Assembly (NCBI GenBank): GCA_951406725.2
Contig: OX597817.1
Span: 83,142,001 to 83,206,000, forward strand
DNA: 64,000 nucleotides
Direction of reading: 5' to 3'
From: Octopus vulgaris
Lineage: Eukaryota
The notes below the pieces were generated by a model. That model did no database searches. It was not told the origin of the DNA and worked only from the letters and a program-made list of their open reading frames with translations. Positions 26,074 to 41,305 of this stretch are shown here, piece after piece. Both the position numbers and the translations under genes were made by a program. Numbering within the stretch: the stretch's first letter is position 1; the number at the start of each line of letters is the position of its first letter.

Positions 26074-27140
26074 TAGTCTCTCTCAGATGGAACCTGCTGA
26101 AAAACAGCACCAAAAGTAAATACATTGCTCAAGTGTGAAGAAAACTATCCTATTTCTCGGAAGCGAGATCGTTTAGAAGCATTCACTTCTTGATTTCCCT
26201 TACGACCCCAAATCAGCTGGACTAGTATGACCCAAAGAAGACCTGGAGGTGAAACGCTCAGCACAAAAAACAAGACCATGGATGGGTATCTTTTCTGGAG
26301 ACTTGAAAAAGAATAACATTTACATAAAGCGAAGTCTCTCTTGAACTCGTGACTGCTACGTCACATTACACTTTGAAGGCTATGCATTTGCAATCCAAGA
26401 AAGGAGATTGCTCTAAATACCTCATCAACAAAAGAGAAACTGAAGTCTTTGGGGTTCCAAGATGCAACCGAAAATGTAGATTATGTCATATTTCTCTGGA
26501 AGATATTCCACATGTGATTAACAGGAGCCCAAAAATGTCATCAAGCCACTACCTCCCTATGCGACACGGCATTGTCGCAAAATCAATATACAATGTCATC
26601 CGGAAAAAAATGATTGTCCTGGAGTAAATATAGAAAATCCCCCTGTCATTGGACAGTTACACAAATATCAGAACAAGGAATACTGGTCGAACATTCCCAT
26701 CAAAACATCTGTCAAGTGTGAGCATAAGAGGCCAGATATTGTTGTCTGCGACAGACAAGTAACGGGTATGTCCTGCGGATGAGAATACCTCTTTGAAAAT
26801 CAAAGAGAAAGAAGATAACTATAGAAAACTGCTTCGAAACCTCCAGCTTCTATAACCGGATTACAAATTTACATTTATACCAATAATAATTTGAGCACAT
26901 GGTTTTGTAAGTAAATGTCTGTCAGTCTGGATAAGCCTGGAGTTTCAGAAAAAGAAATCAACTAATTCGCACATTACAAATACAATGTGTAAGCGGAACA
27001 GTAAAACTATGTAAGATTTTTCTCGGGTTTAAAATGTGACATTGTTTTCTTTATAAATATTCCAACGATCAAGCTATGTATCTTCGTTTGAAACCAGTTC
27101 CTCGAAAGGAAACATTTAAATAATTAAAAACAAAAGAGAA
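26074..27140 (+). mobile_element. 5'-truncated RLE non-LTR retrotransposon, CATA-associated lineage
   Basis: ORF 26349-26627 has CRLCHISLEDIPHVINRSPKMSSSHYLPMRHG, then KRPDIVV and LLRNLQLL..DYKFTFIPII. Begins directly after a long (CATA)n and ends in catacatacat. Confidence 0.8.
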
Positions 27141-28287
27141 ACATACATACATGCATACAGACAGACAGGCAGACGTGCATGCATACACACTCAGAATACA
27201 TACACACATATTCTCATACTCATATACAATGTAATTTACGTCAACTGCATAAAATTGCATAAAATGATAAAATACGAAACGCTTCATGTAAGAAATTATG
27301 AGAACACTAACCTATTTTTATTTGCAATAACTCTGTTCGAGGAAGAAAACTTTGCAAATGAATTCAAGAATCGTATTAAAACTTCGACATGTAACTCATC
27401 TTCTTCAACCAATGTTTTAATTCGATCTCTCTCGCACGGACTTCTGTCTGTCTGTGTGTCTGTCTGTACCCCTCTCTGCACACACACTCATATATAGCTT
27501 TCTGTGTGTGTATAGCTAAGACGTCCACTCATATATACACTATCGAAGGAACAGTAACAATTAAAATGACAGTCTATCATTATCCCGCCCCCGTTTCTGT
27601 CTCTCATTTCCTCTATGTGATAGATGACCCAATCAATATCAAACCATATCAGCTCATAATTTATAGTTGAATATTTCTCATATTTTCTATTATTCATATT
27701 TTCATTTCTGTTGATCAATTTTATATGAAAATTTAGTTTGAAGATTTTGTCTTATTATATACCTTTGTATAATCCAATTCTATCTTTGAAGTTTACATTT
27801 TCAATATTTTAGCATTCATATTTTTATTCCCGTCCCTTGAATATTTGTTTGTATTTTTGGTTCTTATTCTTTCTTCTAAATTTTCTATTTCTGCCATATT
27901 GGTTAAGAGGATGTATACTTTTTTGCTTTTCGTTATGAAAAAATATATTTTTAAAGAGAGAAAGACATTTTTCTTAAATTAGCTGGTAGTATGTGGTTTG
28001 AAATTGCCTTTGTATCAGCTTTATTTTCTTTAAAAAGTTTTGTGAATGCTGTGTAAGTGTTCTATTTTTGCGCGTGGAGAATAGTTGTACAATATATAGG
28101 CATGTTGTATACAAACGTATGCCTCTAGTGTCGATTCGTGCATATTATTTTTTAGTTACTGAAAGTGAAGTAGGAAAATGGTACTTATTTCGGTTGATAT
28201 CATTTTCATCTGATTTTGTTTATTTGTTTTATACATATATTTATTTGTTTTATATACTATTTATATATTTATTTGTTTTATACATAT

Positions 28288-28513
28288 ACTCTTTTACTCT
28301 TTTACTTGTTTCAGTCAGTTGACTGCGGCCATGCTGGAGCACCGCCTTTAGTCGAGCAACTCGACCCCGGAACTTCTTTGTAAGGCCAGTACTTATTCTA
28401 TCGGTCTCTTTTGCCGAACCGCTAAGTGACGGGGACTAAACACACCAGCATCGGTTGTCAAGCAATACTAGGGGACAAACACAGACACACAAACATACAC
28501 GCACACACAAACG

Positions 28514-28589
<76 letters not shown>

Positions 28590-28727
28590 TATACATATAT
28601 ACGGCGGGCTTCTTTCAGTTTCCGTCTACCAAATCCACTCACAAGGCTTTGGTCGGCCCGAGGCTATAGTAGAAGACACTTGCCCAAGGTGCCACGCAGT
28701 GGGACTGAACACACCCACTCCTGCACC
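28288..28727 (-). mobile_element. SINE family 1, near full length (head partly deleted)
   Basis: Reverse complement of the family 1 sequence. Confidence 0.9.
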
Positions 28728-29452
28728 TATATATTTATACATATTTATAGAAATATTGGTTTATAGGTGTATTGCTTATATATATTTTACACATAATATT
28801 TCTGTATTCTACCTTCCGCCCTGCATTTTTCCCTGTGCGTACATAGACGTGTATATGGATTCTTTTGTGCGCGCGTGTTATTGTATGCGTGTGTGCGGTA
28901 TGTGCATATATAGATGTGTGCGTGTGTGCGTGCATGCGAGTATGTAGACGTGTATATAGACGCGTATATAGACGGGTATGTGCGTGTGTGTGTGCGTGCA
29001 TACGGGTATGTGCGTATATTGACGTAGTTTACTTTTTGTATACTCCCTTATACCTTTTTTCTGTATTGTTACCCTTAGCCCTGTTTTTTCTTGTGCTTGT
29101 GCGTATATAGGCGTGTATATGAATCGTTATGGTGCGTGTGTATGTGTGTGTTGGTATGTATGTATATACATATACATTTGGCGAATAGTATAGGTGAGGA
29201 AGCGTCCTTTTTCAAGTGAGGGTGGATGAATGTATACTTTTAGGCGCATGCACGTGGGTGTGCGGGAGCGCATGTGTAAGTATGAACATGCGCGCTTATG
29301 CGAATACTATGAACATTTTTTACCTCCTTACTTTTACTTGCTCCCCTCACTTAGCGGTCATTCAAATAGCTCTTTTGTCTTAATAACGGTCAATCACACA
29401 GTAATTTCCCTTTGTATAACGGTCATTTTTCATAGCATTTATCCGATGGCCG

Positions 29453-29513
29453 GATAACTGAAGAGATAGCGGCGTGGATTTTCACCTCGGCATCCGAAAC
29501 TCGGAGTTTTATC
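29453..29513 (+). ncRNA. Type-I hammerhead ribozyme motif
   Basis: gataa-CTGAAGA-[gat...cggcatc-c]-GAAA-ctcggag-TT-ttatc; 5-bp stem I gataa/ttatc, intact core; paralog at 11735-11795. Confidence 0.7.
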
Positions 29514-29571
29514 ATGGCTACCGAATAATTGTCACATATTACCTTTACATATATATATATATATATAAAGA

Positions 29572-29613
<42 letters not shown>

Positions 29614-29656
29614 TACAGGCAGGCAGAGAGAGCGACAGACAGACAGACAGACAGAC

Positions 29657-29693
<37 letters not shown>

Positions 29694-29732
29694 CATACAT
29701 ACATACATACATACATACATACATACATACAT

Positions 29733-29886
29733 AGGCGACGGGCATCTTTCAGCACCTGTCTACCAAGTATGGTCATCACAAGGGCTATAGCAGTAGACAC
29801 TTGCTTAAAATGCTACACAGTGGGACTGAACCCGGAACCATGTGATTGGGAGACACGCTTTTTACAACACAGTCACGCCTACGCCT
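29733..29886 (-). mobile_element. SINE family 1, diverged 5' portion
   Basis: Minus strand taggcgtaggcgtgactgtgttgtaaaaag...ggttccgggttcagtcccactg. Confidence 0.75.
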
Positions 29887-30255
29887 ATAATGACAATTTT
29901 ATTCCTATTGCTTGCTAAATCACGTGTGGTGAAATGAAACTATCTTTTAATATAAGTTTGAGTGAAATAATGCCTTCGGTTTATCGTTGATGAGTCTGTC
30001 ACATTATCTCAGACGTTTGTAGGCTCTGATGCGATTGAGACAACTAGTGTTCAGTTTAAACTGTTGTCAGTTAATACCAACGACAAAACCGGCTTCCCAG
30101 TCTAGGAATAGAACCCATGACCGCCCGATCGCATGATCATGAAGGCAACACTTAACCATTATATAACAGTTGAGTTGTTTTACACACATACACACGCATA
30201 TATACACACATACATATATAATACATGTATCCATAATGCTTACACAACATACATA

Positions 30256-30371
<116 letters not shown>

Positions 30372-30560
30372 CATATATATATATAATAAATATTAGGGAA
30401 TAAATCCAAATTTACAGGGAAAAAATCAGATTTAGGATTAAATCCAATTTTATAGTAAAATATTATATAATATTATTAGAGACAAAACCACTATATTGCA
30501 AAACAAACAAGGAAAGACTTAATCAATACATAAAATTTTAATAAAAAGTCAAAAAAACCG

Positions 30561-30603
30561 CCACTACAATTGTTTCTTGTCCTGATCGACAATCTTCAGG
30601 TGG
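30561..30603 (-). ncRNA. Perfect minimal type-I hammerhead ribozyme
   Basis: Minus strand: ccac-CUGAAGA-uuguc-gaucag-gacaa-GAAA-caauug-UA-gugg. Stem I 4 bp, stem II 5 bp, palindromic CAAUUG stem III, GUA triplet. Confidence 0.85.
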
Positions 30604-30989
30604 ACTTCCAATCTAAAATATCAATATTTTAAAATATAAAAATAATAATTTTAAAATAATTAAAGTATTAATGAAAAAATATAAATATATAATCTATATA
30701 TAACCTATATATAATCCATATATAATCAATATATAAACAATATATAAACTAAAATAAACCTATCAACAATTAAATATAAAACAAAACAAAAAATAAACTA
30801 TATATACACCCATACACATATAACTAATTATATATAACCATATCTAAATACATACACTAAATCACACACCTATATATATATCCCTATACATGCACATAAA
30901 AACGTCTAGGCAACGATAAATAAATAAAATAGCCAAATACTTCAACACAATACTTATTCATACTCCCTCACACACACATACAACCCACA

Positions 30990-33470
30990 TTCCCGCTCTA
31001 GAAACGAACATCATTTAAAATTATGAATGGAGAAATGGAAAAACGGAATTAAAAATTATATTCACTTGGTAAATCGAACATTACTTAAAAATTATGAATG
31101 AAATAATGTAATAAAATAACAGACATCGTAAATAGACATAAATTACTACGAATTCTTTAATAAAACTACCATGATAAACTAAAACTCATAAAAACATATA
31201 ATGATAAAATCTCCCTTTACTAAACTCTATAACATACCTATATAGCAATCCCCCTAAACCTAAACATTCACACACAAATACACACACGTAAACCACAGAC
31301 CCACGACATATACAAATACCCACCTCACTCACACATACCTATACATACATATAAACCTCAATATATACTCCAAAAACCCACTCAACCCCACACAGATAAA
31401 TAAACACATACATCCCCAAACCTATATAGCAAACCCATAAACACATTCACACACAAATATACATACGTAAAACACACACCATATACATATACATACTCAC
31501 TAAACTCGATATATACAACAATATTAACACACCCACACTCATACAGATAAATAAATTATACAACTAAAATACGCACACACTCACACACAATCCCACATAC
31601 ATAAACACTCCAAGAAAAACAACATTATTACACATAATACGATATATAAAATACATCGTAAGTAACCAGAATATCAAAAATAACAATATGACATAAGGAG
31701 AAATAATATACATACTTTCAAGTCAGTTTCAAATTATGAAGTGAAATTAAATTCTAAGCCGTTAAAAACATCAAACCAAAATTACGTTACCATAGGAACC
31801 TAACATATGTATAAAAAGAATACGCGCTATGGAAGCAAACGTCATTTAAAATTATGAATGGAGAAATAGAATAAATGGAATTAAAAATTATATTCACGCG
31901 GTAAACTAACATTATTTTAAAAAATTATGAATGGATTCTTTAATAAAACTACCATGATAAATTAAAACTCATAAAAACATAAATGATAAAACCTCCCTTT
32001 ACTAAACCCTATAACATACCTATATAGCAATCCCTTTAACCTATACATTCACACACAAATACACACACGTAAACCACACACCCATAACAAATACAAATAC
32101 CCACCTCATTCACACATACCTATAAGTACATATAAGCCTCAACATATACACCAAACAAAATTACGTTACCAAGGAACCTAACATAAGTATAAAAAGTATT
32201 CCCGCTCTGGAAACGAACATATTTTAAAATTATAAATGGAGAAATGGAATAAATGGAATTAAAAATTATATTCACGTGGTAAAACGAACATTACTTAAAA
32301 ATTATGAATGAAATAATGTAATAAAATAACAAACATCGTAAATAGACAAAATACTACGAATTCTTTAATAAAACTACCATGATAAATTAAAACTCATAAA
32401 ACATATAATGATAAAATCTCCCTTTGCTAAACTCTATAACAAACCTATATAGCAATCCCCCTAACCTAAACATTCACACACAAATACACACACGTAAACC
32501 ACATACCCACGACTTATACAAATACCCACCTCACTCACACATACCTATACTAACGTATAAACCTTAATATACACCAAAAACCCACTCCCACCCCACACAG
32601 ATAAATTAACACATACATCCCCAAACCTATATAACAAACCCATATACACATTCACACACAAATATACATACGTAAAACACACACACACAACATATACATA
32701 TACTCTCTCACATATACGCATATACATACTCACTAAACTCGATATATACAACAATATTTACACACCCACACTCATACAGATAAATAAATTATACAACTAA
32801 AATACGCACATACTCACACACATTCCCACATACATAAACACTCCAAAGAAAAACAACATTATTACACATAATACGATATATAAAAAACTTCATTAGTAAC
32901 CAGAATATCAAAAGTAACAATATGACATAAGAAGAAAAAAATATACATACTTTCAAGTCAGTTTCAAATTATGAAGTGAAATTAAATTCTAAGCCGTTAA
33001 AAACTTCAAACCAGAATTACGTTACCATAGGAACCTAACATATGTATAAAAAGAATACGCGCTATGGAAGCAAACGTCATTTAAAATTATGAATGGAGAA
33101 ATAGAATAAATGGAATTAAAAATTATATTCATTCGGTAAACAAACATTACTTAAAAATTATGAATGGAATAATGTAATATCATAAAAAGACATAAATTAC
33201 TACGAATTCTTTAATCAAACTACCATGATAAATTAAAACTCATAAAAACATAAATGATAAAACCTCTCTTTACTAAACTCTATAACATACCTATATAACA
33301 ATCACTTTAACCTATACATTCACACACAAATACACACACGTAAAACACACACCCATAACAAATACAAATACCCACCTCATTCACACATACCTAAAATTAC
33401 ATATAAACCTCAACATATACACCAAAAAACCACTCCCACCCCACACGGACAAATAAACACATACATCCCC
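30990..33470. repeat. Tandem duplication of a ~1.2-kb A/C-rich unit containing a sub-repeat
   Basis: ttcccgctct(a/g)gaaacgaaca recurs at 30990 and 32199. The sub-block aaaattat(g/a)aatggagaaat recurs at ~31018, 31848, 32226 and 33083. Confidence 0.9.
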
Positions 33471-33632
33471 AAAAAATGGGCGCAATCCCACTCACACCAA
33501 TCATACATGTATACAATTACACACACAAGAACAATACATAACTAACCCAAATATACAGAACATACCACAAATCACCAACAAATTCCTTGTTTGTTTTGCA
33601 AAATAGTGGTTTTGTCTCTAATAATATTATAC

Positions 33633-33684
<52 letters not shown>

Positions 33685-33697
33685 CATATACATATAT

Positions 33698-33809
<112 letters not shown>

Positions 33810-33902
33810 AATAATAAGGGTGACAAAATTGAATATTAATTTGATTAATATCAATATAAAACCAGTGGGCTAGCATATTGAAAAATCTGAAGATTCAGAA
33901 AA

Positions 33903-33946
<44 letters not shown>

Positions 33947-34229
33947 GTATATATATATACATACATAATACATATATACATATATGCTTTCATAAATATC
34001 TATACATAATGTATATATACATATATGCTTTCATAAATATCTATACCTAATGCATATATACATATATGCACACAGACTACCCCACACACACACACACACA
34101 CACATTTCAAAAGAAAGTAGACGCCATATTTTCGAAAGGTACATTTCTCTTTTCTTCTTTTAAAATACTTCACTCCGACTCCTTTGGAGTTGTTCTACAA
34201 CATAGTTTCTGAAAGTAGGCGCTACTTCC

Positions 34230-35328
34230 CCACGGTGGGTATAAATCTGAACTTGTAATCTGGATAGGGTAACTGCAAATTTCTCAATAGTTCAGCGTAG
34301 GTATTTTCTTTTTCGCTGATCTTTAGCTTTATTTTAACATCTACTGAGCAACTGACTACCATAACTGTATACAGTTTCTCTATCCCGAATCACTATACCA
34401 CGCCTATTGTGTTTATATCTTATTGAGGTTTTCACTGAGAAATTCCACCAGTACTACCTTTTATTATGAGTGTCTATGGCTTCCACCATACTTTGGGTTT
34501 GTATTTCTTTGTTTTCTGGGTTACCCTTCCGACCTATCTCGTTATACCGTAACATCATGTCTCATGACGTTTTCGGACAACTGCTTATGATGTGGGTGAT
34601 ATCTCAGGTGTTAACTTCACAAAGTATGCATCGGTTTTCACATTTTGCAGCTATTCCTGCATCTCTGTCCCTTTTGTGCATCAGGCGTTTGGGTGGTATT
34701 TACAGTTCCTGGATTGCAAACGCATACGCTTCAAATTGGGAAGCAGTAATCGGGTTGCTAGTCCATGATAGACTGCTTTCATGATCAATGTTATTATGAT
34801 CTCGGAGCTTTCTACAAATATATTTATGCATGGTCTACTGCTCATATACGCTCTTGTTTTCATCTGATGACACATTGCTGTAGAGTCGTGCGACTTTGGT
34901 TATGCATTTATGGGTATCAGACAAGGAATGCAGGTCAAAGAGCTGCTTTCCAAGTTTTATGATGTTATCAGTGTCATGCATACAAACTTGGTCAAGAGAT
35001 GCACTTCAACACTTGGTGGTTAATAGATGTTGCCGAAGGGATGCGATACGACATTCAAAGTCATTCTGGATCAGTGTTAACCCTCTGATCCCCTGTTTTT
35101 GTTTTAGGTAGATGCAGTCTACGACACTGTTGATTTGGAAATTATGTGTGCTTGTTAGTATTTTCCGGGTTTTCGCATCAATGACTCGAATCTCATTAAA
35201 CGTTCAAACAAGCAACCCGAATATTGGTATGAGTACTGGCACTGCAAACACATTGTGGGCCATTGTTTTATGGAATGCAGAGAGTTCCGAGGTCCAAATT
35301 TTCTTTATTCGACTGTAATATTCTTTAT
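34230..35328 (-). mobile_element. RLE non-LTR retrotransposon, CATA-associated lineage, degenerate
   Basis: Minus strand KEYYSRIKKIWTSELSAFHKTMAHNVFAVPVL, ITHIISSCPKTS, ENTYAELLRNLQLPYPDYKFRFIP; the 5' junction abuts (CATA)n on the element strand. Confidence 0.8.
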
Positions 35329-35809
35329 GTACGCATGTATATATGTATGTATGTATGTTTGTATGTATATATGTGTGTATTGCATGTGTACGTGTGTGTA
35401 TTGTATGTGTACGTGTGGGGGGGGGACACGTGATTGTGTGTACGTGCGTGTGTGCGCGTGCGTGTGTGTGCGCGCGTGCACGCACTTGTTAGTTCGGGAC
35501 CTGGGGATGACGCACGATAGGTAACGAGAGTTTGAGCGATGAATGGATCTGGAGTGCTTGAGTACATAACGTACAATGACAGCCAACTCACAGCAGTGAT
35601 CACTATAATGGTGACAGAGGAATAAAGGGAACACGTACAGCTGTGGACTGGACACTGGAGCATTTAATTATGGTGGTTAGTCGTTCTTTATACCCACAAA
35701 TACAATTAATTGCCCTTATGACTTAAAATGAATCTATTATATTTCACGTAAATTCTTATTTATTTATTCTTATTTGTTATCCTTCAATACGTAGTTACCG
35801 ATTTGATAG

Positions 35810-36010
35810 AACGATAAAGGAAATATTATACTTAGTTATGTCCCTTTACGTTCTGTGTGTAAATCTCATTGAGATTGAATTTGATATGCATATTTCTGTA
35901 GTGAATAACATAGGTACCACTGAATATCGTGGTCAAGTAAATAGACTGCATCGTTCTTTCAAATCTTGTGGCCGTCTACCTATGTTACAAACTGTTATAG
36001 TTCCTATTGA
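35810..36010 (+). mobile_element. Highly diverged copy of SINE family 2
   Basis: ctttacgttctg...aaatc...gtaccactgaatatcgtggtc... aligns loosely with 38277-38497. Confidence 0.4.
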
Positions 36011-36993
36011 AAATGTAAATATTTTATAACATCTTCTCAAAATTTGTAGCCGTATACTTGTATTATAAACATTATTATTACTACTAAAAATGTAAATGTT
36101 TCATAGTAGTAGACCTACTGTTACACAGATAATATATATCATATATATATAACTAAATTTACAAACCAAATGTAATTCAGTCCTGTTATACAAAAGTAGA
36201 TATATTTGGCGCCAGATGTTTTTCTTAAGGCAGCTTGATCATCGCAGAAATAATTTCGAAATTTCATTCAAAATGCCAAGCTTCTTCAAAAACTAAAAAC
36301 ACGTGATAGTTATTTGAGAGAATATAAATTATTAATAAATGCTAGAGACTTTGTGGCTTTGCTGATAAGCTAATGGTCTTTTCTAGCTAATGTGTTGGAA
36401 ATGAAAGTATAAGATTAAACTATATTCCTTATTAACAAGTAAAATTTTATGAAGAAATTATACTTTGTTAATGGTTAAATTCAAATGGTCCCAATAATAG
36501 TTATACGAATGTTGGTATAGAAAAGTTGAGCACTGTACTAAAATATTTATTTTTCTTACAATATTTCAATTTGTACAGGTTTACTATTTTATTTTGTAAA
36601 ACTATACAATGACTCCGAATTCCACTGGGACGATATGCTTTACATATCTACGATATACAGTAACAACGTGCTGTCTCCAGAACCCGAATAGAATTCCTAC
36701 TCTCGAGTCTTACATACGCACAGACGTACAAGAGATCTACATACAAGTCACAGATGCATACATTGAAATGTAGGGTATAGCTTTATAATAAATATTATAT
36801 ATGATAATAAACACGGCAAATCTTTACTTTCCAAAATAAAGCTAAGTATGTATGTCTATTGATAAAGATACCTCTTTTTTCAAATAATTCAAAAACCCCA
36901 TGAAGCATAGAATGAAGAATACGTACATAAATACACACAAACATACACAAATACACACTCACACGCATCTAAACATGTGTATATGTATATATC

Positions 36994-37029
<36 letters not shown>

Positions 37030-37289
37030 TTGTGTATGTATATATACATATATATTCATATGTTTATCTAAATGTATTTATGTATATATGTATTTCTGTA
37101 TGCATATTGATGTAATCACATATATACACACACATAACTTATTGAATTGGTTTCTGCTCATGGATATGCACTTCAATATTGTAAGTTATCTAGATTTTCC
37201 TGAAAATAGTGATGGTGGGTAATGATATAATATGCTTACAATTATTATAAATGTTATTACTATTATAGTTTTTTGTTGTTGTTGTTTCA

Positions 37290-37880
37290 TTTCCCAGTGC
37301 TCTCGATTTCACTGGCTCCGGCTAATTCTGTAAGACCGGACAACAACGCGTTTTCAAGTATCTCAGAGGGTCTCTTTGAACGATGCTTAACATTCAAGTA
37401 CCACTCTCAAAATTCTCGCTGCCCCCAGTAAATCAGCTTCATAAGCATACCCTATCCTCAAATCAATCAAAATTTCTCAAACCTAGTAGTTAATGCTCCG
37501 AGTTTCCTAACAACTCATTGTATTACAATCACTTTCTTCATTGCCTACGTTCGTGCAATCTTAGCTTTCAGTGTGTTGCAATTTTAAATCTTTTCCACTA
37601 TTTTATCACATATTCGTACATCCCCAGACATGGCAATATCTAAAATGTTGATTTACGTCATCATTTTATGAATTACAACAGTGTCTGGTGTCTGAGCTTC
37701 AGTCACTAAATCATACTAGTTTTTAAAATCTCAGACGATCTTATGTTCATTATTATTGATAACGCTTTCTGGGTTATGTTCATAGCATTCCAGTGCCCTA
37801 TCAAGGCAGTACTCTCTCATACAATCTCCCATGAAGATACTTATCTGCGTTATTATGCCACCTTGTAACAATTCCTCATG
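37290..37880 (-). mobile_element. Degenerate R4/Dong-like LINE 3' end
   Basis: Minus-strand remnants PESVINNNEHKIV*DF, EAQTPDTVV, ILDIAMSGDVR; adjacent (TTG)/(TTA) tract. Confidence 0.6.
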
Positions 37881-38276
37881 AACTTCTTCAAGTTTCAGAT
37901 GAGGAAAATAAGGTGGAGGGTTGCCTTGTAGCCCTATTGCTTAAAGGTGGATAAGAGTGGCGAGAATGGTGCGAGTTAATGGACCTTTCCTGAGCATATG
38001 CCCGTGGAAATGAGGGGAGACACCTGCCCTAGTAGTCAAGGTACCCGGGTTTTTATAGGGATTTTTCATGAGCAGCCCTCGAACGTCTCCTCCCTATAGA
38101 AGATTATACAATGCTAAAATTGATTTTTTTAAGTTAAACCTGTTTACATGCGAAACCCTCACAACGCACTCACCCACACACGCGCGCGCGCACCCCCCAC
38201 AAACACAATAACACACACACAACACACACAAACACACACACTCAAACACACAAACATACACAACTTTGTGGTCCTT

Positions 38277-38497
38277 AGAGCTGGTAGAATTCTTAGCACT
38301 CTGGACGAAACGCTTAGCAGTATTTCGCCCGTCGCTACGTTCTGAGTTCAAATTCGGTCGAGGTTAATTTTACTTTCATCCTTTCGGGGTTAATAAACTA
38401 AGTACCAGTTGAGTACTGGTTTCGATGTAATCGACTATCCCCTCCCTCGAATTTCAAGCCTTGTGCCTATAATAGAAAGGATTATTATTATTATTAT
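38277..38497 (+). mobile_element. SINE family 2 ending in (ATT)n
   Basis: gagctggtagaattcttagcac...gagttcaaattc (B box)...atagaaaggattattattatt; second copy at 47262-47505. Confidence 0.8.
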
Positions 38498-39142
<645 letters not shown>

Positions 39143-39145
39143 TAC

Positions 39146-39240
<95 letters not shown>

Positions 39241-40816
39241 GCCTTTGCATATCCTCTAACGCTGGAGATGTACTACCGTGTCAGCTATCATTCCCAGTGG
39301 ACTAAGGTAATACCTCTTATTTTTTTAGCACCTTCCGGAGTATTCGGTTCCAAGCAGTGCTGTTTTCTGCAAATGCTCCTCCCTTATTGCAGCCCCTATT
39401 TGTTCCATGTGCTTCTCAAGATTTTTACTCACTGTTCTCTGAGTTCCGACAATTATTGTTACAGCTACCACCTTTTTCATCAACCAAAGCTGCTTAAACC
39501 CCCAAGCTAACCTGTCATATCTCTCGACTTTTCTTTCTTCCTTATCGCATACCTTGTTGTCAGCTGGGCATGCTATATCTATGATCAAGCATAGTTTATT
39601 TTTTTTCTCATAAAGACTATGTTTGGCTTCTATTCTCTATCTCATGGTCGCACTGGATCATAAAATCCCACAGGATCTTTGCATTATCCTTTTCGATGCC
39701 TTCGTGTTTGCTCTGTCAAGTCCATACTTGTTGCAAAGTTTCCAATGGACAATCCTTGCTATATTGTCGTGGCGTCTCTTATATTCCTTCTGGGCTAGTG
39801 GCGTACATTGGCTGGTAATATGACATACGCTTTCACCATTTTATCCACAGTTTCTGCTCTTATAACTTTCTGATGTGTTGTCTATTCTGTATTTTATGTA
39901 GTTTGTTCTTAGTGCTTGCTCTTGCGTAGCACAGATTAAAGCTTCCGTTTCCGGTTTTAAATCACTTTTAGTCATTCACAGCCATCTTTTTTCTCTGTTT
40001 GCCTTATCTTCAACAGTCCTACGAAATTGTTCATGCATTGTTTTCTTTACCCACCTATTTTCAGTTTCATTCGTTTTCAATTTCTTGTGTAGTGCTTTAT
40101 ATTTGCAATCTTTTAGCCTACACAAGCCTGACTTTCTTACGTCTAATAATAGCGGTTCTGTGGCATTTTTTATATGCCATGCTAAATTGTCTTCTTCTGC
40201 TCTAATGCTGTGTTTGCATCCAAAAAGTCCTCTTCCCCTATTTTCCTTGGTACATACAGTCTGTCTGTGTCACTTTTTGGATGGACAGACTCATATCTAG
40301 TCAGCAACTTCCTTGCCTTTCTGTCTAAGCTGTTTAGTTCGTCTATTGTCCATCCTGCTCCATATCTAAGGAGTGAAACTTCCCTCGTATTGATAGTTTC
40401 AATCTTATTCCGTCCGTTTAACTTCGACTTAAGGATCAATCACAGTCTGCGCAAGTATTCCACCTTAAACGTTCTGTCATTTCTTTCTCCATCAATTTAT
40501 CCCTTTCCAAAATCCCCAAGTACTTATCGCCCGTCCCTTCTATCTGCTTCATAACCTCCCCCGACGGTATCGCTAGCTCGTCCATACATTTGATTTTGCC
40601 TCTCTTCAAGACTAACACACCACACTTTTCCAATGAAGGTATACACCATATCAACGAGGGAAATGACTTGGGATTCATCTTTACCATAAAGTTTGAGGTC
40701 ATCTATGAATAACGAGTGTTTGACATTTTGTTGGCGGCTTTTGAATACATACCCAGCCTTTACTTTCTTCAGAATCAGTGTTAGTGGCATCATGCACTGT
40801 ACAAAGATCATCATCT
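39241..40816 (-). mobile_element. R4/Dong-like LINE family D, 5'-truncated within RT, degenerate
   Basis: HSLFIDDLKLYGK (RT YXDD), KYLGILE, HPKSDTDRLY, IIDIACPAD..KVERY (RLE); (ATT)n on both sides. Confidence 0.88.
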
Positions 40817-40889
<73 letters not shown>

Positions 40890-41174
40890 CATCATCATCA
40901 TCATTATTATTTTATCATCATCATCATCATCATTATCACCATCAGCATCATCATTATCATCATCATCATCATCATTACTCTGCAATAGAATATTTCCGGT
41001 TATATTTTCATCATTGTAGAACTTCGGTTTGATCTATCGATCCATTAGCTATATCAAACTAATCTCTCATATTCACAACTTTCAAACCTAGAGAACCATA
41101 AATTCCAACAACAAAAATAACCTAAATGTCAGGATACCATCGCATTCCTTCACTTTTAAGATAAACAACATAAT

Positions 41175-41305
41175 AATATTCTGTTGTCTCTGGGGAGAGT
41201 CATTTTCTTTTTGTGTCTTATAATTCAACACACTCACTGGTAAAATTTCCACTTATTTCTTATTTTTATTTTCCCAACCTTTTCTCCCCAGAAACAACAG
41301 AATAT
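41175..41305. repeat. 23-bp inverted repeat enclosing an ~85-bp segment
   Basis: atattctgttgtctctggggaga (41175-41197) versus tctccccagaaacaacagaatat (41283-41305). Confidence 0.7.

Larger units (their letters stand above)
30384..33630 (-). mobile_element. 3.2-kb non-coding HHR-bearing element with inverted sub-terminal repeat (Penelope-like non-autonomous / retrozyme-like)
   Basis: Embedded in a TA tract. 30466-30514 tataatattattagagacaaaaccactatattgcaaaacaaacaaggaa is the reverse complement (1 mismatch) of 33583-33630. Perfect HHR at 30561-30603; internal tandem duplication; no ORF. Confidence 0.75.

Noticed and set aside
30990-33470. Regular repeats suggesting a CRISPR-like array
   Set aside because: Long whole-unit tandem duplication with no unique spacers and no cas genes; eukaryotic context.
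35487-35700. Possible solo LTR (TG start, AATAAA at ~35620)
   Set aside because: No matching target-site duplication, second LTR or PBS/PPT visible.
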